From Flavobacteriaceae bacterium (lineage in GTDB: Bacteria; Bacteroidota; Bacteroidia; Flavobacteriales; Flavobacteriaceae), in contig PAYI01000054.1 in NCBI GenBank assembly GCA_002714815.1, forward strand, positions 1 through 38,043: DNA of 38,043 nucleotides. The letters are read 5' to 3'. Shown here piece by piece: positions 1 to 10,489 of the stretch. Numbering within the stretch: position 1 is the stretch's first letter; each line of letters begins with the position of its first letter. The position numbers and the translations under genes are program-made. Below the pieces are notes generated by a model. It had not been told where the DNA came from. It worked only from the letters and a program-made list of their open reading frames with translations, and did not search any database.

Positions 1-2297
1 TATCTCTCAAAGTATGTATCAAGATAAGCTTGCGCTTCATGCCGTGGAATCCCAAGCTGCCTAGTTAGCCCAAAGGCAGACATGCCATAAATTAAGCCAA
101 AATTAATGGCTTTAGCGCTTCTGCGATGATCTGTTGATACTTCTTCGAGGGAGATATTAAATATTTCTGAAGCAGTGGCTGAATGAACATCTATATTGTT
201 ATTAAATGCATGAGTTAAATTCTTATCTCCAGATAGATGAGCCATGATTCTTAATTCAATCTGCGAGTAATCAGCTGAAATCAATACATTTCCCTTCTCA
301 GCTATAAAAGCCTCTCTTATTTTTCTTCCTTCTGGGGTTTTAATTGGAATATTTTGAAGATTGGGTTCAGTGGAAGACAGTCTTCCAGTTGAAGTTACCG
401 CTTGTTGATATGATGTATGAATCCTCTTAGAAACTGGATGCTGAATATTAATAAGGCTATCTGTATATGTAGATTTTAATTTTGCCAAGCGTCTATATTC
501 AATAATAGTTTTTGGAAGGTCATATTCTTCTGCCAATCTCTGAAGAGTATCCTCGTTGGTAGAGGGTTGGCCTTTTGGAGTTTTCTTAAGAACAGGTAAA
601 TCTAATTTATTGTAAAGAATCTCAACAAGTTGTTTTGGAGAGTCCATATTGAATTCTTCTCCAGCCATTTTGAATGCATCTTTAGATAATTCTTCAATCT
701 TAATCGCTAGCTCATCTGAATATTTTGATAGCATTTGTGCATCAATCTTTGCTCCATTAGTTTCAACCCTAATTAGAGATCGAAGCATTGGGTATTCGAT
801 AGATTGAAGAAGATTAATAAGCTTGGGTTGATCTTCAAGCATTCCATTGAAGAGATTAAAAAGCCTTAGAGTTATATCGGCATCTTCTGCCGCGTAGAAT
901 GTTGCAGCCGGAATCTCAACCTGAGCAAAGTTAATTTGCTTCGAGGCAGAGCCTGCAACTTCTTCATACTTCATAGGCTCATAATTTAAATAATATAAAG
1001 CCATCCTATCTAAACCGTGTCTTGTACCGGTGCTGTTAAGAACATATGACATCAACATTGTGTCTCCAAGGAACTCCTCAACCTTGATACCGTGTCTATT
1101 AAGCATAGGTAAATCAAATTTAAGATTTTGGCCAACTAATTTTTTTTGATTTTTTGTAATAGCGCTGCCCAAGATTTTTTGAATTTGAGAAAGCGGTATC
1201 TGTTTTGGCATCCCTTCATACAAATGTTTAATAGGTATGTAACAACCCTCTCCTTCATTGCATGCCAACGATATCCCAATGAGATCTGCAGTCATTGTAT
1301 CCAGAGAAGAAGTTTCAGTATCAATGGCAAAGACATTGCACTTATCAATTTTTTTAGCCCATACTTTTAAATCTTTTTCCGTTAAAACAGATTGATACTC
1401 TTTTTTTGATTTTGGGGCTTCTGGGATTTCACCGCCTGAGCTTTGAGAGGACTTTATCCATGTTTTAAATTCAAGGGATGTGAATAATTTATTTAATTCC
1501 TCTTGATTCTCTTCGGACTTAAGCAGACCCTCAAAAGAAACTTTTAAATCAACGTCTTTTTTTAAAGTTACGAGCGCAATATTTCTATCTAACTCTGGAA
1601 TAGAGTCTCTGAAATTCTGACCTACTACTCCTGTTAACGAATCTGCATTATCAATAATTCCTTGCAGAGTACTGAATTCACTAAGCCACTTAACAGCTGT
1701 CTTAGGCCCTACTTTTGGCACACCTGGAATATTGTCAGAAGTGTCTCCAACGATAGCTAAGTAATCTACTATTTGATTTGGATGAACACCAAACTTTTCT
1801 TCCACTCCTGCAACATCATAAATTTTATTATTCATTGTATTCATCATCTTTACTAGTGGATCCTCAACTAATTGCATGAGGTCTTTGTCCAAAGAAGATA
1901 TAACTATATGCATGCCTTGCTTGGAACCCATAACAGCCAAAGTGGCGATAACATCATCTGCCTCGACTTTTGGGATTTCAATAACCGGCATTCCCATTGC
2001 ATTGCATATTTCTTTTAATGGAGAAAGCTGCTCTCTTAAATCCTCGGGCATTGGAGGGCGATTAGCTTTGTAGTCTGCATAAATATCATGACGAAAGTTT
2101 TTGCCCTTAGCATCAAAGATTGAAAGGTAATGTGAATCAGGGTTTTCTTTTCGTAAGTTGCGCAACATATTTGTAACGCCTTTAACTGCGCCTGTTGGAA
2201 GGCCAGTTGAGGTTGTTAGAGGCGGCATAGCATGAAAGGCTCTGTATAAATAAGAGGAGCCATCTATCAAAAAAATTTTTTTTGCAGGAGTATTCAT
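1..2297 (-). CDS. polA: DNA polymerase I, partial (C-terminal end lies beyond the left window edge)
   Basis: Not in the ORF track, presumably because it runs off the edge. Hand translation from ATG (complement of 2295-2297) gives [48 protein letters not shown] (5-prime nuclease N-terminus). The same frame near 1-195 reads [64 protein letters not shown] (Pol A family polymerase domain). A spot check around 1140-1180 is in the same open frame. Confidence 0.93.
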   Translation of the reverse strand, partial: [765 protein letters not shown]

Positions 2298-2379
2298 TAA
2301 AATTTATTATGTCATTAGGTTTTTATATAAGCTATGAATAATATAAGATCATCATGCATTTAATGCTGTTTTAGCAAAT

Positions 2380-2883
2380 ATGAATATTCTAAGAAAAATT
2401 TTTCTATTACCCCCTCTGGTTAACTGCATTCTGGGCATAGGGTTAGTAGTGGGGGCATATATTTTTGAAGTTTTTGGTTATTACGATCCATGTCCGCTAT
2501 GCATCCTTCAGCGTTGGTCTTTTGGATTAATTGCTCTGTGTGGAGTTCTTTTAATGATTCCTGGATTGTATTTATTATTCAGAAAGGCCCTTTTGCTAAT
2601 TGCTGTTTTATTTTCTTTTACTGGCGGGGTGATTGCTGGGAGACAAATTTACTTGCAAAACCTTCCGAGTGATCAGGTTCCAACTTGCGCTCCTCCAATG
2701 GATTTTTTAATGGATACTCTTCCAATTTTTGAGGTGATACAGACTATACTGCTTGGAGATGGTAATTGCGCTGAATATGAATGGAGATTTATATTTAATT
2801 TTGCTGAGTGGGCATTAATATTCTTTGTTTTCTTGTTTCTCTATAACCTGTTCTTTTTTCTCAAAAAGTCATCAAAAGTCTAA
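2380..2883 (+). CDS. dsbB: Disulfide bond formation protein B
   Basis: 167 aa with four hydrophobic segments. First Cys pair CPLCILQRW and second pair TC...NC in the second loop, as in DsbB. ATG start. Confidence 0.85.
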   Translation: MNILRKIFLLPPLVNCILGIGLVVGAYIFEVFGYYDPCPLCILQRWSFGLIALCGVLLMIPGLYLLFRKALLLIAVLFSFTGGVIAGRQIYLQNLPSDQVPTCAPPMDFLMDTLPIFEVIQTILLGDGNCAEYEWRFIFNFAEWALIFFVFLFLYNLFFFLKKSSKV

Positions 2884-3068
2884 ATGTGTAGTCTTGCTAC
2901 ATATATAAATACGATTTAAAGCCTTAAAAGCCTTGTTTTTTTGTTTATTGACAAAAAATGATAAATATTTTCAAATCCACTACAAATAATTCTCAAGTTA
3001 TACTTCTCCCTGAGTCGTAGAATATTGTAGAATCGACAGAGTAAAAAAATTTTATAGAAAGTAACGCA

Positions 3069-4595
3069 TTGGCTGAAACATTTGAACTAAATACCGAAGA
3101 ACTTATTAAGGCTGCAATTGATAATGGTGAGGGTAAAGTTGCAAGCAACGGAGCGCTTGCTGTGGAAACTGGAGCTCGAACTGGACGTAGTCCAAATGAT
3201 AGGTTCATTGTCCAAGAAGACAGCACCTCTCACTTAATAGATTGGGGAGAAATTAATAGGCCTTTTGAGGTAGAAAAGTTTTCGCTTCTGTGGGATAAAG
3301 TTGATGCATATCTAGCAGAAAAAAATCGTTACCTTTCAAAGGTTCATGTAGGAGCACATGAAGATCATTACATTCCTGTAAATGTAACTGCTGAGAGCGC
3401 CTCTCACAGCATGTTTTCAAAATTAATTTTTATCAGCCCTGATGAGTTCAACCCTCAAGCTAAGAAAGAATGGCAAATAATGAGTGCCGTAAATTATGAG
3501 TGCTCACCGGAAGAAGATGGAACAAATTCAGAAGGTTGCGTAATTATTAACTTTGCAGCTAGAAAAGTTCTGCTTGCTGGAATGAAATATGCTGGTGAGA
3601 TGAAAAAATCTATGTTTTCTGTTCAAAATTTTTTAATGCCAGAGAAAGATGTATTACCAATGCATTGCTCATCTAATGTAAATAAAGATGGAAATGTATC
3701 TCTATTTTTTGGGCTTTCAGGAACTGGAAAAACCACACTTTCTGCCGATCCAACTTGTTCACTAATTGGAGATGATGAGCATGGCTGGGGTAAGGGCACT
3801 GTCTTTAACTTTGAGGGTGGTTGTTATGCAAAAACTATTGATCTCTCTGAAAAAAATGAACCTGTTATTTGGAAGGCGATTAAACATGGCAGTATTATTG
3901 AGAATGTTTACTTAGATGAAAATGGTGCCCCTGATTACGCTAATACCTCATTATCTGAAAATGGACGATGTTGTTATCCTCGGTCACACATTGATGATGC
4001 AATTGAATCAAACTCTGCAGGCGAACCAAAAACTGTAATATTTTTAACCTGTGATTTAACAGGCATCATTCCTCCAGTTTCTATTCTTTCAAAGGAAGCA
4101 GCGGCTTATCATTTTCTAAGCGGATATACGGCTAAAGTTGGGTCAACTGAAGTTGGATCTACTGAATCAATTGGCACTACATTTTCTACCTGCTTTGGAG
4201 CACCATTTTTCCCTAGACCAGCTAGAGTGTATGCAGACCTCTTAATGAAAAGAGTTGAGGCTTTTAACTCCAAAGTCTTCTTGGTCAATACTGGTTGGAC
4301 TGGCGGTCCGCATGGCATAGGTTCAAGGTTTGATATTCCAACAACAAGAAGAATAGTTAACGCTATTCAAAATGGCGAATTAAATGATGTTAAAACAGTT
4401 CATATAGATGGTCTTAATTTGGAAGTTCCTGTTGCAGTAGATGGGATTGATTCAAAAGTATTAACTCCAAAAGAAACATGGTCAGACAAAAGTCAATATG
4501 ACGAATATCTTAAAAATCTTATAGAGCAGTTCCAGGAAAACTTTAAAAAATTCTCAGTAAGTGAAGCAATAGTTGCAGCGGGCCCCTCAACTTAA
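3069..4595 (+). CDS. pckA: Phosphoenolpyruvate carboxykinase (ATP)
   Basis: 508 aa. Kinase-1a motif [14 protein letters not shown], then [19 protein letters not shown], and C-terminal VAAGP, all as in E. coli PckA. The only in-frame start after the upstream stop (3042-3044) is TTG at 3069. Confidence 0.95.
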   Translation: MAETFELNTEELIKAAIDNGEGKVASNGALAVETGARTGRSPNDRFIVQEDSTSHLIDWGEINRPFEVEKFSLLWDKVDAYLAEKNRYLSKVHVGAHEDHYIPVNVTAESASHSMFSKLIFISPDEFNPQAKKEWQIMSAVNYECSPEEDGTNSEGCVIINFAARKVLLAGMKYAGEMKKSMFSVQNFLMPEKDVLPMHCSSNVNKDGNVSLFFGLSGTGKTTLSADPTCSLIGDDEHGWGKGTVFNFEGGCYAKTIDLSEKNEPVIWKAIKHGSIIENVYLDENGAPDYANTSLSENGRCCYPRSHIDDAIESNSAGEPKTVIFLTCDLTGIIPPVSILSKEAAAYHFLSGYTAKVGSTEVGSTESIGTTFSTCFGAPFFPRPARVYADLLMKRVEAFNSKVFLVNTGWTGGPHGIGSRFDIPTTRRIVNAIQNGELNDVKTVHIDGLNLEVPVAVDGIDSKVLTPKETWSDKSQYDEYLKNLIEQFQENFKKFSVSEAIVAAGPST

Positions 4596-4604
4596 CCCAA
4601 ACAT

Positions 4605-6137
4605 ATGACTTCAGATGAGTTCAAGCTCTCTTTAAAAACTCATCAAGAAAAGGGGTTCTTTAAAAACCTTAAAATTTTTCGTGGGATTGAAAGAGAGTCT
4701 TTGCGCGTCACTCAAGAGGGAAAGATTTCTCAAAATAATCATCCTAAAAACTTAGGATCTCCCCTAACAAGCAAAGACATTACTACTGACTTTGCAGAAG
4801 CTCTTGTGGAACTTGTCACTCCAACATTTGAGTCTCCAAAAGAGCTTTTTGAGCACCTTGCCCTTCTGCATAAATTTCTTTATAGCCATATGGGAGAGGA
4901 GATACTTTGGAATTTCTCCATGCCATGCGCATTTCAGAGCGAGCAAGAAATCAAGATTGCTGAGTACGGTGAATCCAATAGCGGAATGTTAAAGCATATT
5001 TATAGAAAGGGTTTAAGATTAAGGTATGGATCCATCATGCAATGTGTATCAGGAATTCACTATAACTTCTCTTTATCAAAAGATTCCTGGAATTCATTAT
5101 GCGATAACCCAGATCAAAAATTTATAAATAATAAGTATCTTGAAACAATTAGAAACATAAAAAGAAATTTCTGGTTTGTATTAGAACGCCTTGGCGCATC
5201 GCCCATTGCTCATGGATCATACTTATTGAATAGAAAGCATTCTCTGGCAAAACACGGACAAAATGATTTGTTTTTACCTAATGCAACGTCTTTAAGAATG
5301 AGTGATGTTGGTTATCAAAGCAATGTTCAAAATGCGCTCAAGATTAACTACAACAATTTGGATGAATTTATAGATGCAGTAATCAAGGGAATTAAAACTC
5401 CAGTAGAAAATTTTGAAGATATAGGATTGCATGATAAGCATGGTGTTCCTCAACAAATATCTACTGGAATTTTGCAGATTGAAAATGAGCTATATGACAC
5501 AGTTAGACCGAAAAGATCTGGTCCAAGCGGTTCTCGCCCAGCAACCCTTTTAAAAAATGAAGGAATAGAATATTTAGAATTAAGGGGAATTGATATTAAC
5601 CCTTTTATTCCTGAGGGCATTGATGAAAATAAAATTAAGCTTTTAGATATTTTCATAATGCATTCCCTAATTTCTAAAAGTCCTCAAGTTTCCGAGGAAG
5701 AGATTGAAGAGATAAGAACTAATCAAAAAACGATGGTTGAAAATGGAAGGTCAAAAGATATTAAATTAAAACAAAATGGGATCTCAGTCCCTCTTGCAGA
5801 ATTGAAAAAGTCCTTTCATGAGGAGCTAACTCAGGTTGCAACTGCAATGGATGAGTATTGTCCAGGGTACTCGAACGCTTTAAGTGCTGAAATGAGTGTA
5901 AATGTGATGCCAAGCGAAAAAATTATGAATGAGATGGAGTCACAAAATTTATCATTTCAAGAATATGGTTTAATTCAAAGCAAGAAAATTGCTATGAAGC
6001 AAACCTCTTCTGCTGATGAGGATTTTTTAAAATTCATACACAATGCTGAAAAATCAATAAAAGATTTAAAAAATCTGAATGAAAATCCAGGCATAGACAT
6101 TAATAAATATGTAGAATTATATAATTCAAAAATTTAG
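4605..6137 (+). CDS. gshA: Glutamate--cysteine ligase
   Basis: 510 aa. N-terminal GIERESLRV...[28 protein letters not shown] aligns with E. coli GshA (GLERETLRV...[28 protein letters not shown]). Confidence 0.9.
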   Translation: [510 protein letters not shown]

Positions 6138-6145
6138 GAAATACA

Positions 6146-7144
6146 ATGAAAGCTTTACAGTGTGTAGAATTAGCAGGTCCTGAAAAACTGATCTTTTCTG
6201 AAGTAGATGATCCAAAACCAGGCAATGGTGAGGTTTTGATAGAGATTAGAGCAGCTAGTGTTAATTTTCCAGATGTCTTAATGATACAAGGTCTATATCA
6301 AGTACAACCACCAATGCCATTTATTCCAGGAGCTGAATGTTCGGGTGTAATAAAAGAAATTGGTGAAGGTGTAGATTCTTGTAACATAGGAGATCATGTT
6401 TTTGTAATGGCAGGAAATGGGTGTTTTGCAGAAAAAATTGTTGTTGAAGCTGCAAGGGTAGCTTTAATACCAAAAGAAATGGATTTTCCAGTTGCTGCCG
6501 CCCTTCCAATGACTTACGGAACTTCTTTATATGCTTTAAAACAAAGAGCAGATCTTCAGCCTGGAGAGACTTTATTGGTTCTAGGAGCTGCTGGGGGGGT
6601 TGGATTAAGCGCTGTAGAGCTTGGAAAAGCAATGGGCGCAAGAGTGATTGCAGCAGCCTCTTCTGAAGAAAAAATTAAAACATGTTTAGAACATGGGGCT
6701 GATGAAGCTTTCGTCTATCCTTCAGGTAATCTTGATCGAGATCAACAGAAAGAACTTTCTAATAAAATTAAAGAACTCACTGAAGGTCAAGGAGCTAATG
6801 TTATTTATGATCCAGTTGGGGGGTCTTTTAGTGAACCAGCTTTAAGATCAATAGCATGGGAAGGCAGATTTCTTGTAATTGGATTTGCAGCTGGAGAAAT
6901 ACCAAAGCTGCCTCTTAACCTAGCTCTTTTAAAAAGTTGTCAAATAGTCGGGGTTTTTTGGGGTGCATGGACAATGATGTTTGCGGACGAAAATGAAAAA
7001 AATTTTAAAGAGCTTTTTGATCTTCATGCTGCTGGTAAAATTAACCCTGAAATTTCTGATAGATTCTCGCTTAAGGAATCAGCAGCAGCTATTGCTCATT
7101 TAAAAGATAGAAAAGCTAAAGGAAAGGTGATTATTGATGTATAA
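6146..7144 (+). CDS. NADPH:quinone oxidoreductase-like, medium-chain dehydrogenase/reductase (zeta-crystallin) family
   Basis: 332 aa. GroES-like N-domain (GEVLIEIRAASVNFPD) and Rossmann motif LVLGAAGGVGLSAVELGK. No zinc-ligand Cys pattern is obvious. Confidence 0.8.
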   Translation: MKALQCVELAGPEKLIFSEVDDPKPGNGEVLIEIRAASVNFPDVLMIQGLYQVQPPMPFIPGAECSGVIKEIGEGVDSCNIGDHVFVMAGNGCFAEKIVVEAARVALIPKEMDFPVAAALPMTYGTSLYALKQRADLQPGETLLVLGAAGGVGLSAVELGKAMGARVIAAASSEEKIKTCLEHGADEAFVYPSGNLDRDQQKELSNKIKELTEGQGANVIYDPVGGSFSEPALRSIAWEGRFLVIGFAAGEIPKLPLNLALLKSCQIVGVFWGAWTMMFADENEKNFKELFDLHAAGKINPEISDRFSLKESAAAIAHLKDRKAKGKVIIDV

Positions 7145-8012
7145 AAAAGCAGGAATTTTATTTTTTTGCTTCGCGGTAACACAATGTTCTGAAACAATAG
7201 ATTTAATGGATAGACCTCTTCATAAAAATAATTCTTCTTTTCAAAATGAAGAGCATAGGCTGCTTCCAATGGATGGAGCCCATAATACAAGAGAGCTTGG
7301 TGGTTATGAAACTACTGATGGCAAATCGGTTAAATGGGGCATGCTATTTCGCTCGGATAAACTAAGTGATATCTCTAAAACTGATCAAGTATATTTGCAA
7401 AATCTTGGTATCAAAAGAATTATTGACTTTAGATCAAAGGAAGAAAAAAAAGAAGATCCAGACATAATTCCTAAAGGTATAAATTATATTGAAATGCCAA
7501 TTAGCGTAGATGGGGCTATGCGATCTAAAATTGAAGCTGTCTTAAAGGGCGAGACGGACAAAGATGTAAAAAGTTTTCTTATAGATGCAAATAAAGAATT
7601 TGTCTCAGACTATACTGGAGTATATGAAGAGTTTTTAAGAAATCTTATTGATGATGAGGGCCCAGCCTTGTTCCATTGCACCGCTGGAAAAGACAGAGCT
7701 GGATTTGCTGCTGCGATTACGTTAATTGCTTTGGGAGTCTCAAAAGAGGAAGTCATTCAAGATTATATGAAGACCAATCAATTCACTCAAGAGAGAATTG
7801 AAGAAATCATTGGGCAAATAGAGCTAATGACCCTTTATCAAACAGATGCAGAAATTTTACGTCCACTACTAGGTGTAGAAAGAGAGTATATTGAAACAGC
7901 TTTCCATACAGCTGAAAAAAAGTATGGGAGCTTAGAAGACTTTATTAGGGATGGTTTAAATATTTCTGATGAGGATATTCAAAAACTTCGTAATAAATTT
8001 CTTGAGGGCTAG
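7137..8012 (+). CDS. Protein-tyrosine-phosphatase-like protein (CX5R family, Y_phosphatase3-like) with N-terminal signal-like segment
   Basis: Active-site-like HCTAGKDRAG (CX5R). Hydrophobic N-terminus MYKKAGILFFCFAVTQC. The track starts at TTG 7134; I prefer the adjacent ATG 7137. It overlaps the end of the upstream oxidoreductase gene by 8 nt. Confidence 0.7.
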   Translation: MYKKAGILFFCFAVTQCSETIDLMDRPLHKNNSSFQNEEHRLLPMDGAHNTRELGGYETTDGKSVKWGMLFRSDKLSDISKTDQVYLQNLGIKRIIDFRSKEEKKEDPDIIPKGINYIEMPISVDGAMRSKIEAVLKGETDKDVKSFLIDANKEFVSDYTGVYEEFLRNLIDDEGPALFHCTAGKDRAGFAAAITLIALGVSKEEVIQDYMKTNQFTQERIEEIIGQIELMTLYQTDAEILRPLLGVEREYIETAFHTAEKKYGSLEDFIRDGLNISDEDIQKLRNKFLEG

Positions 8013-8659
8013 TGAGACGTTACAACTGATTGGTAGGTAAGTAAAAATTTTTCCTCATCAAAAGGTGGTCTAAAAAAACCAGTATATTTTCCATCAGGAT
8101 TTATTAGCAAAATATTATTCGAATGATTCTCTAGGTGAGATATGTGATTTTGATGAATATTTTTAGGCGGCTCAATTACCATAACGTTTAATTGAGTTGC
8201 AAGGCTTAAAAGCGTTGGCCTGTCTCCTCGCAAGCCAATAAATGAATTGTTAAAAGCTTTTGCATATTTATCTACGTCACTTGCCGAGTCATTCTCAGGA
8301 TCAATAGTGATAAGAAAGACCTGTTTATCTCCTAAGTCAAAGCCTTTGGATGCTAAGGTAGAATATAAGTTTTTAATTAATGACATCGCAACTGGGCACT
8401 CTGCAGGGCACCTGGTAAAGCCGAAATAAACTAAGCTCCATTTTTCTTTAAAAACATCCTTATCCAAAAGCAAATCATTAGATGAAAAAAATTGGAAATT
8501 TGAAAATTCCTTAGGATTTGGAAATTGATAGTATCCATTTACTAATAATTCATTTGGAGACAAGTATCTTGGAGTGGTTAGCTTATTAATAAACAGAGAC
8601 AGAACTGCAACCATAAATAGAACTATTAGAGTTAAAGAAATTTTAATATTTCTACTCAT
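8009..8659 (-). CDS. SCO1/SenC family copper chaperone (cytochrome oxidase CuA assembly)
   Basis: 216 aa with an N-terminal TM helix. Thioredoxin-like CPAEC (CxxxC) motif with a downstream His. It is the last gene of the oxidase assembly operon. Confidence 0.85.
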   Translation of the reverse strand: MSRNIKISLTLIVLFMVAVLSLFINKLTTPRYLSPNELLVNGYYQFPNPKEFSNFQFFSSNDLLLDKDVFKEKWSLVYFGFTRCPAECPVAMSLIKNLYSTLASKGFDLGDKQVFLITIDPENDSASDVDKYAKAFNNSFIGLRGDRPTLLSLATQLNVMVIEPPKNIHQNHISHLENHSNNILLINPDGKYTGFFRPPFDEEKFLLTYQSVVTSH

Positions 8660-8661
8660 CT

Positions 8662-9525
8662 CTAAATTAAATAATGATCAATTAGCAAAGCAGCAAAAAT
8701 AAGAAAAATATAATAAATTGAATAAATAAACGTTGGAAATGCATATTCATTTTTTTCATCAAAATATAATGCAAGAGAGTAATATAAAAATATACTTCCT
8801 AATATCAGCGCTGAAATAAGATAGAAAAGGCCGGACATCATTACCACAAATGGCAGTATGCTTACGAGAATCATAATAATTGTATAGAGAATAATTTGTA
8901 GCTTTGTAAACTGAATACCATGAGTAACAGGCAACATAGGAATATTTTCTTTTGCATAATCATCTCTTCTATGAATTGCTAAGGCCCAAAAATGGGGCGG
9001 CGTCCAGGCAAAAATAATTAATACTAGAAGAAGTGAGTTTGGGTCAACTGAATTAGTTACCGCGGTCCAACCCAATAAAGGGGGGGCAGCGCCCGCAAGA
9101 CCTCCGATAACAATGTTTTGAGGGGTGGCTCTTTTGAGATAAACCGTATAGACAAATGCATAGCCAATTAAAGATCCTAAAGTAAGGAGAGCAGTCAGCG
9201 TATTGACATATAAAACTAATATGGCTGCGCCCAAAAAGCCCAAAAATAAAGCAAAAATTGATGCTTTTAAAGGAGAAATTTCTCCTTGTGGAATGGGCCT
9301 ATTTTCAGTTCTACTCATATTTGCGTCTGCCTTTCTATCAATAATTTGATTTATGGCTGCAGCAGAAGAAGCGCACAATCCAATACCAAGCATTGATAGC
9401 CCAATTAAAGAAAGTGGAGCCATGGTTTTACTTGCCAATAATGAACCAACAAACGCACAAATTAGCATCATTAAAACTACATTAGGTTTACATAATTCGT
9501 AGTAATTTTTAATCGTGCTATTCAT
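8662..9525 (-). CDS. cyoE: Protoheme IX farnesyltransferase (heme O synthase)
   Basis: 287 aa polytopic UbiA-family protein. Motifs NQIIDRKADANMSRTENRPIP and WTPPHFWALA are typical of CyoE/CtaB. Confidence 0.92.
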   Translation of the reverse strand: MNSTIKNYYELCKPNVVLMMLICAFVGSLLASKTMAPLSLIGLSMLGIGLCASSAAAINQIIDRKADANMSRTENRPIPQGEISPLKASIFALFLGFLGAAILVLYVNTLTALLTLGSLIGYAFVYTVYLKRATPQNIVIGGLAGAAPPLLGWTAVTNSVDPNSLLLVLIIFAWTPPHFWALAIHRRDDYAKENIPMLPVTHGIQFTKLQIILYTIIMILVSILPFVVMMSGLFYLISALILGSIFLYYSLALYFDEKNEYAFPTFIYSIYYIFLIFAALLIDHYLI

Positions 9526-10489
9526 CTTTCCAAATTACAAGATTAACCATTAGGGTTACTAACAGCAATAATGCTGCGACCAAATTATGCGCGATCGCGA
9601 TGTATAAAGGAAGAACATAAACAACATTCATTATTCCCAATGAAATTTGTGTGACCAATATAACTCCTAAGGTTGAGGCCAAGGGAGCTGCACTAGAGAA
9701 CCACAACTTTGAAATTAATATCAGAAAGATTATTGTTAAAACTAGTGCGCTTATTCTATGTGAATAGTGAATTGCTACTCTCGCCTCATTATCTAATAAT
9801 CCGTATAGATAATTTGGACCTACTTCTTGAGCTAAATTAAATCCTTCATAGAAATCCATCTCTGGGATAAATTTTCCTTGGCAAGTGGGGAAATCTGCAC
9901 ATGCAAGAGAAGCATAGTTTGTACTGGTCCAAACACCTAAAAATATTTGAACTATTAAGGCGAATAAAGCAATCCCCCCAAGAACTTTCAAATGGCCAAT
10001 ATTATGATTTTTAACTCCATCAGTTGTTTCTAAAAACAAGTAAAAAAATAAACTCAATGTGATAAAGCCACCAAATAAGTGTCCTGTCACAATAATAGGT
10101 AATAATTTTAAACTTACAGTTAAGTAACCGAATAATCCCTGACCACAAATAAAAAATAAAAGAAAAGAGGTTATTGCTTTGATTCTTTTGGGTAATTGAT
10201 ATTTAAAAGCAAAGTAGACCAACAGTATTGCAAGAAACCCTAGCGCTGCTGCAAAGTATCTATGAACAACTTCAGGAATTGCTTTATCAATTTCATAAGG
10301 AAATTGTGGGTATCTTGATTCGGCTAATTGAATTTCAGCTTCAGTAGTAGGAAAAATTACAAAACCATAACAACCAGGCCAATCTGGGCAACCAAGACCA
10401 GCATCTACGAGTCTTGTCCATGCGCCTAATGCAATCACGACAAATGCAAAACATAATCCAAAAAATGAAAGACCTTTAATTAAATTCAT
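9518..10489 (-). CDS. ctaA: Heme A synthase (COX15/CtaA)
   Basis: 323 aa polytopic protein. N-terminal RLVDAGLGCPDWPGCYG motif and conserved His in TM helices. Overlaps cyoE by 8 nt. Confidence 0.88.
   Translation of the reverse strand: MNLIKGLSFFGLCFAFVVIALGAWTRLVDAGLGCPDWPGCYGFVIFPTTEAEIQLAESRYPQFPYEIDKAIPEVVHRYFAAALGFLAILLVYFAFKYQLPKRIKAITSFLLFFICGQGLFGYLTVSLKLLPIIVTGHLFGGFITLSLFFYLFLETTDGVKNHNIGHLKVLGGIALFALIVQIFLGVWTSTNYASLACADFPTCQGKFIPEMDFYEGFNLAQEVGPNYLYGLLDNEARVAIHYSHRISALVLTIIFLILISKLWFSSAAPLASTLGVILVTQISLGIMNVVYVLPLYIAIAHNLVAALLLLVTLMVNLVIWKDE

Noticed and set aside
2884-2904. A hairpin lies right after the dsbB stop (ATGTGTAG-TCTTG-CTACATAT, 8 bp including one G-U) and could be a terminator.
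   Set aside because: The stem is AT-rich and weak, and no T-tract follows it. The nearby AAGCCTT direct repeat followed by a T-run has no complementary arm. Not supportable as an intrinsic terminator.
4137-4166. An apparent 15-nt tandem repeat in pckA encodes [10 protein letters not shown].
   Set aside because: It aligns with the conserved PEPCK segment (E. coli AGTERGITEP) with about one residue of length difference. It is the native sequence pattern rather than an insertion or slippage product.
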